The notes below the pieces were generated by a model that made no database searches, was not told the origin of the DNA, and saw only the letters and a list, made by a program, of their open reading frames with translations. A stretch of DNA of 64,000 bases from Bacteroidota bacterium (GTDB lineage: Bacteria > Bacteroidota > Ignavibacteria > Palsa-1295), in assembly GCA_021324685.1 (NCBI GenBank), contig JAJPIQ010000044.1, positions 17,066-81,065 of the forward strand, written 5' to 3'. The position numbers and the translations under genes were made by a program. How positions within the stretch are numbered: the stretch's first letter is position 1; every line of letters starts with the position of its first letter. Shown here piece by piece: positions 1 through 9,417 of this stretch.

Positions 1-2
1 TT

Positions 3-3000
3 GCGAGTTCGGTCGTCCAGGCGGCCAATGGTGACTTCGTTATAGCCTGCGGTACGAATTCGAATGATGGTGATGTCTCTGGTAACCATGGCAATGGGGA
101 TCTATGGGTTGCTGATCTGAACAACAGCGGTGGACTGCAATGGCAGAGATGTTATGGTGGAACGAAAGGAGATGTCCCAACATCCATCATTCAAACGGCA
201 GATCATGGGTTTGCCATCGCGGGATTTACTCAGTCGAACGATTGGAATGTTTTCGGAAACCATGGAGGGAATGGTGTCGGAGACGCATGGGTCCTGAAAT
301 TAGGTACTCATGGAGAACTTGAATGGCAAAAATGTTTAGGTGGAACCCAAGACGACGAGGCTCTTGCCGTCGTTCAAAATTCCGATAGTGCCTATACGAT
401 CGGAGGTTGGACGAACTCCAATGATGGTGATGTTTCGAATAACCACGGAAAATATGACGCATGGATCGTGCAATTTTCACCACCGCCACCGCCCCCTACC
501 ATCGCCTATATCACCCCGGATGCCGGCGCTCCCGGAATGTGTGTTGCGGTCGAAATTATCGCTCCTGCGAACATGCAGGGGACGTTCGGTGACGATCAAA
601 TGTACGTCAGCGATTCGGCGGTAGCCGATACGCTCGTGGAACTTACGCGACCGAGCGATACTGCGCTCGTGCGCCTCGGACCCTCGATCGTAAGCTGGAA
701 TGGGCGGATGATCCAGCAAATGTTCCTGATCGAGCCGTTGGCAAAACAGATTGATACGGAAGTCTATTTTCGCGTCATTTGGAATGGGCAGTCGAGCGCC
801 ACCGACAGTTTCCGGATCCTCACTCCAAAGCATCTTGGGGTGATGTCGGGCGGCGCTATGCTTCCGGCTAATCTTCGGACCAGCCGCAACACGATGGTTG
901 TCGATTCAATGATTCTGAACAACGGACTTTATACTCTTCCGCAAAGCGATCCGGATAATAATACAAACGGAAACCAGGGCTTTCTACCGTTGCGTATTCT
1001 TTCGATGGGTCCGATTGTATTCAATCATGCAGGCCTTCACGCCGATGGTTCGCCAGGCCTTACGGGTACAGGCGGTGGTGCCGGAGGAGCTGGCGGCGGC
1101 GGCGGCGGAAGTGGCTATCCGGGTAAAGGTGGCGACGGCTACACCGGCGGTGGGGGCGATAACGATGGTACGAACGGGCCCGGTGGCGAGGGAACGGGAT
1201 CTTTTACTGGCAGCAATAATTGGGATGGCGGTTCGAGTTTGAACGGCGTAAGCGGTGGAGCGGGGGAACAGCACTCAGGTCTCAGCGGCGACGATGGCGG
1301 CGGCGGCGGAACCGGTCATCCCTTTGGATCGAGTGGTCAGCATGGGAACGCTTCCTCCAGTCCGGCCGGGGGATATGGCGGAGGCTCGGCCGGTGGAAGT
1401 ACATCAAATTATACGACGAATTATGGCGGCGGCGGCGGCGGATATTCGACAGCAGGAATGGCCGGAGCCGGAACAGGGTCCAATGCCGGGAATATCGTTG
1501 GTAATCCAATGCTCATACCCCTGGCGGGCGGGTCCGGCGGGGGAGCTGGGAACCAGACGTATGTCTCTCTTTTCGGCGGACAGGGCGGTTGTGGCGGAGG
1601 TGGCGGTGGGGCAATTGAACTGACGAGCTTCTCGCATGTAACGTTATCCATCTCGGGAGTCTCGGCGAACGGAGGCAGCGGTTCGAGTGGCATCTACACG
1701 GTAGAACCGGCAGCCGGCGGAGGTGGCGGCTCCGGTGGGGCGGTCGCGATCAGCGCGCGCGATTCGGTCGCCTTCGACCCAAATAGTTCTATCAGCGTGA
1801 CTCATGGTAATGACGGCGGGGGCAGCAACCGCGGCGGTTTGGGCGGCGAAGGACGCATTCGTATCAATGGCTTCGTTTCCAGTTCCCAAAGTTCTAATAG
1901 CCGCTTATACTTTGTCGATTCGATCGGCTATACCGGTCCTTCCATTCAACGCATCTCCTTCACGCCGGATTCGGCAAAAGTTCACGGCTATGCAGAGTAT
2001 TGGGATTCCGTCCCAGCAAACCCGCTCGATATTGAAGTGTATTACGCCTGGCCCAGCGCGCCGAGTTGGCAATCAGTTCATGCGACGCCACGGGTCGATC
2101 CCCGAAGCCATACGGCGCAATGGGATGCGGAATTTCCGATTTCTGCCAACCCGAGGGATACCGAACTCTATGCCGTTGCAGTGCAGAATGAAAGTGTTCA
2201 AACCGGAACATTTGCAGATGTTCCTTATGCGGTACTATCCCATACAAGCGGCATGATCGCAAAGGTCACCGGCCCGCCGAAAATGGTCGTGCGAACGACG
2301 ACGATAAATTTCGGGAATATTCTTATCGATTCGTGCTCGAGCGATACCACACTATTTATTTATTCGACCGGGAAATCGGACTTAATCATCGATTCGGCTC
2401 ATTTCACTCCGCCGATTCCCGATTTTAAAATTAAGACTACATTCCCGCAAACAGTCCATACCGGCGATTGGCTGAAAGTGACCCTTTCGTTTTGTCCGAC
2501 GGCGGTCAAATGCCCGATCGCGAGCACACTCGACCTGTTCTCCAACGGTGGCGATACGGCGATCGCCCTGACGGGTTGTGGTGTCCAGCCGGAGATGGAT
2601 ATTCATCCCGATACCCTCGATTTCGGTCGCGTGCATGTCGGCGATTGTAAAGATTCGTTCGTGGTCGTATCGAATCCCGGCAAGGACACGCTTAAAATTT
2701 CTGCCGAACTCATTCAAACGACATTTCCCTCGACGCTGGGATATTTCAGCGGACTCGACCCGCTCCCACTTTTTGTCCCTCCAGGCGATAGCGTTCATTT
2801 GAACCTGCGCTTCTGCGCAATGGATACCAATACGCGGACCGCACTCGACTCGATCTATGGCAATGCGCCGCAAAGCCCGTTCGGGCTCGTCCTGATGGGT
2901 GAAGGAAAAATTGGCGTGCTTTCGGTTCCATTCGTTCTCGACTTTGGCGCCGTGCATTTGGATTCCTGCAAAGATTCAGGATTTTATGCAGTCAATACCG

Positions 3001-4886
3001 GTAACGATTCACTGATCGTTACGAGCGCGAGCATTCCGATCGTGACGAATTTCACGATCCTTTCGCCGGCTACGCCGTTCGTGCTTATGCCGAATGACAG
3101 CATGTTTATTGCCGTGCGTTTTTGTTCGAGCGATACCGGCCGTTTCTCCGCGGTCTCGACCTTGGGAACCGATGTGCCGACCTCGGATTCGACGATCCTT
3201 CTTGCGCACACCGGGATTGGCATCCTTCAGATGCTTAATCTAATCGACTTTGGGAACGTTCCCACCGGCGGCTGCGCGGACACGAATATTGTGCTGAAAA
3301 ATATTGGCGCGGACACGCTCGTACTCGAACCAACTTCCGACGTGACGCCTCCATTCTCGTATAAAGGTCCGGCAAAAGTAACATTGGCTCCGGGTGAAGC
3401 GATTACCGTTCCCTTGTATTTTTGCCCCCAGGATACCAACGAAGCCATCGAGACGACGCTTTTCGATACTGTTGGTGCTGGACAGAACGTTTTGTTTACG
3501 CTTCGTGGCAAAGGTATCGAAGGGGCTCTTGCGACGTCTGGCGCTCTCGACGTTGGATGTATCCCCGTGGGAACCGATACGACCATACGAGTCACGATCC
3601 ACAATACCGGTACCGCCGCGCTCGATAGTCTCATGGCTTTGATCGTCCCGTCGAGTGTAGCGACGATCGTTCATGCGCCACCGACCTCCCTTGCGGCAGG
3701 CGCGGCGGATTCGATCGTGATCGTTATTCCGGCCTCCACGGTCGGAGCAATTTCCGGAACGCTTGCGATTGCCTGGCGCGGCAGCACTGGAATTACTCTA
3801 CCTATTACCGGGAATGTATCTCCGAAACCGGGGATAACGGCGCTCGACACCTCAATTGTGTTCGATACGACGAATATCGGCGATTCGAGCGTCACACAGT
3901 GTCTGCGCGTGACAAATTATTCGTGCATACCAATCGGCGTGTCATCGCTCAGCATTACTGGCGCGTTGCCGGGCGAGTTCGAAATCGTTTCCGATAACGT
4001 TGGCGGTTCGCTCGTCGATAGTGCGGTTGGAACGATTTGTATTCGTTACCGGCCGTTACGTTCGGGAGTGGCAACAGGCGAACTCTCGATCGTTAGTAAC
4101 ACCGATACGCTCCCGGTTGCATCCCTCTCCGGATTCGGGAAGGGGAACCCACTCGGGGTGGAGTTGAAACTCGACACTGTTTCGGGCCGGCCCGGTGAAA
4201 TTGTAACGCTTCCCGTCCGGACGGTGAATGACGTTACAAGTGCGGCAATCACCTCCCTTACATTCCGCGTGACATTTAATCCGATGCAACTCGATATGAA
4301 AGCACTGGCATCGCCCGTTGTACTTGGAATTATCCCGGCCTCTGCTTCGGGAACGTCGGCGACGTACTCGGTAAAGACGTATTCCATCGGCGACAAGGAA
4401 GTTACAGTGAAATTCGCTTCTCCCCTCGTGGGAGCGCCTGTGGTCGCTCAGCTTCCGTTCGAAATTCTGGAACCGACGGCGAGTACGGCTGCCATTCATT
4501 TGAAGAGCGCCACATTCGGGGCCTCTGCGGCCTCCCTCATGACGGCGTTCGATGGCGAGATCGCGATCGAGCAATGCGATACCAACGACCGGGTTTCACT
4601 TGGAATGAATCCCGTCGATGTTTCGCAAAACAATCCGAATCCATTTCATTCGGAGACGGATGTTGCTCTCACGGTCAATGTCGCGGGTCATGTTACAATC
4701 GATCTTTATAATGCACTCGGAACGAAGATCGCTACCCCTTTCGACGAGGATCTCCCCATAGGCTCAAAGAACGTTCCCGTCGATGCCCGTACGCTGCCGG
4801 GGGGTGTTTATCGATATATCGTCACCTGGACGGGGCCCCAACCGGAATTGCGAGTATCGAAGACGATGGTCGTGCTTGGCGAATAA
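3..4886 (+). CDS. Large secreted multidomain surface protein, 5' truncated by the window: beta-propeller repeats, Gly-rich domain, about 6 Ig-like (choice-of-anchor D/ASH-like) repeats, cohesin-like domain, T9SS type A CTD
   Basis: The frame is open from nt 3 (ASSVVQAANGDFVIACGTNSNDGDVSGNHG...WQKCLGGTQDD...), so the GTG at 468 is internal. DFGxVxxGxC...FC repeats; C-terminal SQNNPNPF...DLYNALG...GVYRY...KTMVVL. Confidence 0.85.
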   Translation, partial: ASSVVQAANGDFVIACGTNSNDGDVSGNHGNGDLWVADLNNSGGLQWQRCYGGTKGDVPTSIIQTADHGFAIAGFTQSNDWNVFGNHGGNGVGDAWVLKLGTHGELEWQKCLGGTQDDEALAVVQNSDSAYTIGGWTNSNDGDVSNNHGKYDAWIVQFSPPPPPPTIAYITPDAGAPGMCVAVEIIAPANMQGTFGDDQMYVSDSAVADTLVELTRPSDTALVRLGPSIVSWNGRMIQQMFLIEPLAKQIDTEVYFRVIWNGQSSATDSFRILTPKHLGVMSGGAMLPANLRTSRNTMVVDSMILNNGLYTLPQSDPDNNTNGNQGFLPLRILSMGPIVFNHAGLHADGSPGLTGTGGGAGGAGGGGGGSGYPGKGGDGYTGGGGDNDGTNGPGGEGTGSFTGSNNWDGGSSLNGVSGGAGEQHSGLSGDDGGGGGTGHPFGSSGQHGNASSSPAGGYGGGSAGGSTSNYTTNYGGGGGGYSTAGMAGAGTGSNAGNIVGNPMLIPLAGGSGGGAGNQTYVSLFGGQGGCGGGGGGAIELTSFSHVTLSISGVSANGGSGSSGIYTVEPAAGGGGGSGGAVAISARDSVAFDPNSSISVTHGNDGGGSNRGGLGGEGRIRINGFVSSSQSSNSRLYFVDSIGYTGPSIQRISFTPDSAKVHGYAEYWDSVPANPLDIEVYYAWPSAPSWQSVHATPRVDPRSHTAQWDAEFPISANPRDTELYAVAVQNESVQTGTFADVPYAVLSHTSGMIAKVTGPPKMVVRTTTINFGNILIDSCSSDTTLFIYSTGKSDLIIDSAHFTPPIPDFKIKTTFPQTVHTGDWLKVTLSFCPTAVKCPIASTLDLFSNGGDTAIALTGCGVQPEMDIHPDTLDFGRVHVGDCKDSFVVVSNPGKDTLKISAELIQTTFPSTLGYFSGLDPLPLFVPPGDSVHLNLRFCAMDTNTRTALDSIYGNAPQSPFGLVLMGEGKIGVLSVPFVLDFGAVHLDSCKDSGFYAVNTGNDSLIVTSASIPIVTNFTILSPATPFVLMPNDSMFIAVRFCSSDTGRFSAVSTLGTDVPTSDSTILLAHTGIGILQMLNLIDFGNVPTGGCADTNIVLKNIGADTLVLEPTSDVTPPFSYKGPAKVTLAPGEAITVPLYFCPQDTNEAIETTLFDTVGAGQNVLFTLRGKGIEGALATSGALDVGCIPVGTDTTIRVTIHNTGTAALDSLMALIVPSSVATIVHAPPTSLAAGAADSIVIVIPASTVGAISGTLAIAWRGSTGITLPITGNVSPKPGITALDTSIVFDTTNIGDSSVTQCLRVTNYSCIPIGVSSLSITGALPGEFEIVSDNVGGSLVDSAVGTICIRYRPLRSGVATGELSIVSNTDTLPVASLSGFGKGNPLGVELKLDTVSGRPGEIVTLPVRTVNDVTSAAITSLTFRVTFNPMQLDMKALASPVVLGIIPASASGTSATYSVKTYSIGDKEVTVKFASPLVGAPVVAQLPFEILEPTASTAAIHLKSATFGASAASLMTAFDGEIAIEQCDTNDRVSLGMNPVDVSQNNPNPFHSETDVALTVNVAGHVTIDLYNALGTKIATPFDEDLPIGSKNVPVDARTLPGGVYRYIVTWTGPQPELRVSKTMVVLGE

Positions 4887-4961
4887 CCCGCTTTCCCCGA
4901 GTTTCAGGAACGTCCCATTATCGAACGGCGGTTCTCTTTTTCCATTTTATTCACACCGATT

Positions 4962-6857
4962 ATGAAACGTCGCCTCTTCACCGTTGTCCTTGGTTTCCTT
5001 ATTGTTATCAGTTATTCGCTCTCGTCGACCCCTTCGGCGTTTGCGCGAAAGATCCCATTACGCGATTTTTTTAAGAACCCCGAACGCACCGCCTACGAGC
5101 TTTCGCCGGACGGGAAGTATTATGCGTTCCTCGCGCCGTATGAAAAGCGACTGAACATTTTTGTCGTGGCGCGCTCCGGCGGGGAACCGATTCGTCTTAC
5201 GAACGAGACCTCGCGTGACATCGCCGGATACTGGTGGAAAGGGAACGATCGCCTACTGTTTATGCGCGACAACAATGGCGATGAGAACTATCATCTCTAT
5301 TCGGTCTCGCGGGACGGAAAGGCGATCACCGACCTGACCCCCTTCGATAGCACGACCGTGCAGGTCGTCGATGGGATGATCGATCACGATAATGAAATCC
5401 TGATCGCAACGAACCAGCGCGACCATGAGATATTCGACGTCTATCATTTGGACCTCACGACGAATAAACTGCGCCTGGTGGCGCAAAACCCGGGTAACAT
5501 CAGTGGATGGGTTACCGATCACAATGGAAACCTGCGCGTCGCAACGACCACCGATGGTGTGAATACCTCGCTCCTGTATCGCGACAATGAAACGGATACC
5601 TTTCGGACAATTATTACGACCGATTTCAAGGAAAATCTTTCGCCGCTCTTTTTTACGTTCGACAATAAAAATCTGTATTGCTCGAGCAACCTGGGGCGCG
5701 ATAAGTCGGCGATCGTCATTATTGACCCCCGTACCGGAAAGGAACTTTCCGTCGTCTATGAAAACTCGGAGGTCGACGTTTCCGATCTCAATTATTCGCA
5801 CAAGCGCAAGGTCCTGACGTTTGCGGACTACGAAACGGACAAAGTTCATAATTATTATCTCGATCCTGAGACCGAAGCGATGCACAAAAAGCTCGAAGCG
5901 AAGCTTCCTGGCTATGAAGTGGTAGTGACGAGCTACGACCGCAACGAAGATTTATTTATTGTTCGAAACTATAACGATCGTTCGGTCGGCAGTATTTATC
6001 TCTACGATGCGAACGCCGATAAGCTCACCAAAGTGAGCGATATTCGCCCGTGGCTACATGAGGCAGAACTCGCAGAAATGAAGCCAATCACTTTTACATC
6101 ACGCGATGGCCTGGTGTTGCACGGGTATCTTACGCTTCCCAAAGGCTCCAATGGCAAGCACTTACCCATCATTGTCAATCCGCATGGAGGACCGTGGGCG
6201 CGGGATAGTTGGGGCTACGATCCGGAAGTTCAGCTCTTTGCGAATCGTGGTTATGGCGTCCTGCAAATCAATTTCCGCGGCTCGACCGGCTATGGCAAAA
6301 AATTCTGGGAAGCTTCCTTCCATCAGTGGGGCAAAACGATGCAAAATGATATCAGCGATGGCGTTCAGTGGCTGATACAGCAGGGCATTGCCGATCCCAA
6401 GCGGATCGCGATCTATGGTGGAAGCTACGGTGGCTACGCTACGCTTGCCGGGGTTGCGTTCACGCCGGACCTTTATTCCTGTGCGATCGACTACTGCGGT
6501 GTTGCAAATCTTTTCACGTTTATGAAAACGATCCCGCCGTATTGGAAACCCTATCTCGATATGTTCCATGAAATGGTAGGCGATCCAAAAAAAGACAGCG
6601 TTCTATTAGCGGAAGCATCCCCGGTCCTCCATGCCGACCAGATTAAAGTCCCGATGCTGGTACTGCAGGGCAAGAACGATCCACGCGTGAATATTAACGA
6701 GTCCAATCAAATGGTGGACGCGCTCAAAGCACGAGGAATCGATGTGACCTATATCGTGAAAGATAACGAAGGTCATGGGTTCCATGACGAGGAAAATCGT
6801 TTCGATGCCTACGAAGCGATGGAATCCTTCCTTGAGAAACATTTGCCGGTCGACTAA
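4962..6857 (+). CDS. S9 family peptidase (dipeptidyl aminopeptidase/acylaminoacyl peptidase), secreted
   Basis: Signal peptide, N-terminal propeller, HGGP, nucleophile motif GGSYGG, DPRV and EGHGF catalytic motifs. Confidence 0.93.
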   Translation: MKRRLFTVVLGFLIVISYSLSSTPSAFARKIPLRDFFKNPERTAYELSPDGKYYAFLAPYEKRLNIFVVARSGGEPIRLTNETSRDIAGYWWKGNDRLLFMRDNNGDENYHLYSVSRDGKAITDLTPFDSTTVQVVDGMIDHDNEILIATNQRDHEIFDVYHLDLTTNKLRLVAQNPGNISGWVTDHNGNLRVATTTDGVNTSLLYRDNETDTFRTIITTDFKENLSPLFFTFDNKNLYCSSNLGRDKSAIVIIDPRTGKELSVVYENSEVDVSDLNYSHKRKVLTFADYETDKVHNYYLDPETEAMHKKLEAKLPGYEVVVTSYDRNEDLFIVRNYNDRSVGSIYLYDANADKLTKVSDIRPWLHEAELAEMKPITFTSRDGLVLHGYLTLPKGSNGKHLPIIVNPHGGPWARDSWGYDPEVQLFANRGYGVLQINFRGSTGYGKKFWEASFHQWGKTMQNDISDGVQWLIQQGIADPKRIAIYGGSYGGYATLAGVAFTPDLYSCAIDYCGVANLFTFMKTIPPYWKPYLDMFHEMVGDPKKDSVLLAEASPVLHADQIKVPMLVLQGKNDPRVNINESNQMVDALKARGIDVTYIVKDNEGHGFHDEENRFDAYEAMESFLEKHLPVD

Positions 6858-6871
6858 CCGATAGGAATACC

Positions 6872-7285
6872 ATGGTCTTTGTGACACGGAAAGCGCATTT
6901 CTCGGCCGCACACCGCCTTTTCAATCCTGAATTTACGGATGAAGAAAATGAGCGCATCTTCGATAAGTGTAACAATCCGAGGGGCCATGGGCATAATTAC
7001 ACGATCGAGGTAACAGTGGCCGGCGAGCCGGACCCCAAAACAGGATACGTCATCGATCTCAAAAAACTGGGCGAGTTGATCGATGACGTAATCCTTTCGA
7101 AAGTCGATCATAAACACCTGAACTACGATGTCCCTGAACTAAAAGGAATCATTCCTACGGCCGAGAACATCGCGCTCACATTCTGGAACCTACTCGAGCC
7201 GCATATTCACTCCGGGAAACTCTCCAAAATCCGCGTTGCCGAAAGCGATAATAATTTTGCAGAGTATAGGGGCGTGGGATACTAA
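6872..7285 (+). CDS. queD: 6-carboxytetrahydropterin/6-pyruvoyl-tetrahydropterin synthase
   Basis: FSAAHRL, KCNNPRGHGHNY, DHKHLN and PTAENIA motifs. Confidence 0.88.
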   Translation: MVFVTRKAHFSAAHRLFNPEFTDEENERIFDKCNNPRGHGHNYTIEVTVAGEPDPKTGYVIDLKKLGELIDDVILSKVDHKHLNYDVPELKGIIPTAENIALTFWNLLEPHIHSGKLSKIRVAESDNNFAEYRGVGY

Positions 7286-7396
7286 CGCATCACAATCTTT
7301 TCGTTGAACTCGTTTGAAATGCCTTCTGAACGTTGAGAGTCGCGAAGAAGGCTGCTTTTGAATAATTTGCCCTTGTGGGGTCTGAAGTCCGATACT

Positions 7397-8092
7397 TCAA
7401 AACACTCCAGGTACCAACCGCCACCTGTGCGTTTCGCAATATTCTGAATACCCTGGAAGCTCTTTGCGTAGAAGGTGCTCTTCATCGAAAAGCCGCCATA
7501 TGATAAATGGGAACATGAGTCCGAGCGCGGCAAAGCCCCAGTAGGATCCGAGGGCAAGTGGAATGCCGATGCAATAGAGCATTGCACCGGCGTACATCGG
7601 GTGACGAACGACGGCATACGGTCCTGTCGCGATCACTTTTTGTTCTTCCATGACCTGGATCGTTGCAGCAGCAAAGGAATTTTCTCTGAAGACAATAAAA
7701 ACGATATAGAATCCTATTGCGATGAAGAGATTGCCTGCGACCACAAGTATCACAGGGACTCCTGCCGTCCATTGCAACCGCCGGTCGAGCGCCGGAACGA
7801 TAAGCAGCCCGATAAATCCGATCGAAGCGAATACCATAATGATCTTTTGTGTCGTTTCTTTTTCGGCCGTCGGGCCACCGGACATGCGGCGTTGTAAAAG
7901 TGCAGGATCGTGCCGATTGGCATAAGCCGTATGGAATGCTCCCGCCAGAAAAAAAACAATGAGAAAGAGCCACGCCTGCCAGTAGTCGATCGTTCCGGCG
8001 GAAACGAAAATGAGCAGGGCCATGACAAGGGCCATAATCGCAAGCGAGAGCCACGCTTTGAGAGCGAGATGTTTCAACGTTCGTCTCAACAC
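7397..8092 (-). CDS. Isoprenylcysteine carboxyl methyltransferase/PEMT family membrane protein
   Basis: Multiple TM segments; TGPYAVVRHPMY, EE and RWRLVPGVF motifs; start codon uncertain (TTG). Confidence 0.88.
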   Translation of the reverse strand: MLRRTLKHLALKAWLSLAIMALVMALLIFVSAGTIDYWQAWLFLIVFFLAGAFHTAYANRHDPALLQRRMSGGPTAEKETTQKIIMVFASIGFIGLLIVPALDRRLQWTAGVPVILVVAGNLFIAIGFYIVFIVFRENSFAAATIQVMEEQKVIATGPYAVVRHPMYAGAMLYCIGIPLALGSYWGFAALGLMFPFIIWRLFDEEHLLRKELPGYSEYCETHRWRLVPGVF

Positions 8093-8145
8093 CTGTCGCG
8101 TACCTAAAGGTCACGCGACCTTTAGGCACAAAACGCAAACGGTTT

Positions 8146-9366
8146 TTATTCGTATCTCAGGGCTTCGATAGGGTTCAGGCGTGCGGCTTTGCGTGCCGGA
8201 TACCAGCCAAAGAAAATCCCGACGAAGGAAGCCGCCGCAAACGAAAGTCCCACGGCCTGTGGTGAAATTACAAGGATCCAGCCGTTCGATTTTGAGACGA
8301 ACGCGGAGGCGAGGTACCCGAGAATGACCCCGATGAGTCCGCCAACTAAGCTTAGCGTAATGGCTTCCGTGAGGAACTGGAGCAAAATATTGAGTTGCTT
8401 CGCCCCAATCGATTTTCGAATGCCAATTTCGCGGGTCCGTTCGGTAACGCTCACAAGCATAATATTCATGATGCCAATACCGCCTACGAGGAGGGAAATG
8501 ATCGAAGCGGCGGCCAGGAGGTTCGTCATGGTTGCCGTGCTTTGTTCCGCCGCCTGTGCCAGTTCCACTTGAGAACGGATCTGGAAATCGTTGTCGTCGT
8601 TTGGAAGCAACCGATGCTGTTGGCGCAGGATGTCGGTGGCATCCTGCGTCGCAACGTTCGTGGCTTCGGGGGAGATGGTGCTCGCCATGATCTGATTCGT
8701 CCACGTAATGCCCATAAGCTTACGCTGGACGGTGGCAAAGGGGGCAATAATGATGTCGTCCTGATCCTGGCCAAACGAGTTAGAACCTTTTTCCTGCAGC
8801 ACTCCGATCACCGTGAACGGTTCCTGTTTAATACGGACGGACTGGCCGATCGGGTTCACGCCTTCGCCGAAGAGATTGGTAACGACGGTTTTCCCGAGGA
8901 TACAAACTTTCGTTCCCGTACGCGCATCGGCGTCCGTAAAATCGCTCCCTTCGACGATCGGCCAGTTCCGAACGACGAAGTAGTCCGGCGTCGCCCCGGT
9001 AATCCGGGTTGCCCAGTTATTGCTTCCAGCGACGACCTGGACACTGGTAGAAACAACCGGTGTGACCGCCGAAAGCCAGTCGGATTTTTTGAGCGCATTG
9101 GCGTCGTCTTCCGTAAGGTGCTGGCTTCCGCCGGCGCCCGAGGAGATACCCCCCATGTTCGTGGCGCCGGGAAAAATAAGAAGGGCGTTCGTTCCCATCG
9201 AATTGATCTGGTTTTGCACGGCTTGTGAGGCACCCTGGCCGATCGCTGTCATGGTAATGACGGCACCCACACCAATGATAATGCCGAGCATGGTCAGCGC
9301 CGCTCGAACCTTGTTCGAAGCCAGCGACTGAAAAGCCATGACAACGCTATTGATAATTTGTGTCAC
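8146..9366 (-). CDS. MacB/FtsX-family ABC transporter permease without fused ATPase
   Basis: NKVRAALTMLGIIIGV, GGIGIMNIMLVSVTERTREIGIRK, PIEALRYE. Confidence 0.93.
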   Translation of the reverse strand: MTQIINSVVMAFQSLASNKVRAALTMLGIIIGVGAVITMTAIGQGASQAVQNQINSMGTNALLIFPGATNMGGISSGAGGSQHLTEDDANALKKSDWLSAVTPVVSTSVQVVAGSNNWATRITGATPDYFVVRNWPIVEGSDFTDADARTGTKVCILGKTVVTNLFGEGVNPIGQSVRIKQEPFTVIGVLQEKGSNSFGQDQDDIIIAPFATVQRKLMGITWTNQIMASTISPEATNVATQDATDILRQQHRLLPNDDNDFQIRSQVELAQAAEQSTATMTNLLAAASIISLLVGGIGIMNIMLVSVTERTREIGIRKSIGAKQLNILLQFLTEAITLSLVGGLIGVILGYLASAFVSKSNGWILVISPQAVGLSFAAASFVGIFFGWYPARKAARLNPIEALRYE

Positions 9367-9417
9367 GATTGTATCCGCTTATCTTTCCCGATTCTATTTT
9401 ATCGTTCTTAATCTTAT

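Noticed and set aside
468..470. ORF-track start (GTG 468) of the large surface protein
   Set aside because: The same frame is open and protein-like back to nt 3, so the true start lies outside the window
1040..1870. GGC-rich repeats resembling a tandem array or PE-PGRS gene
   Set aside because: In-frame glycine codons of a T9SS protein; no PE domain and no repeat-spacer structure
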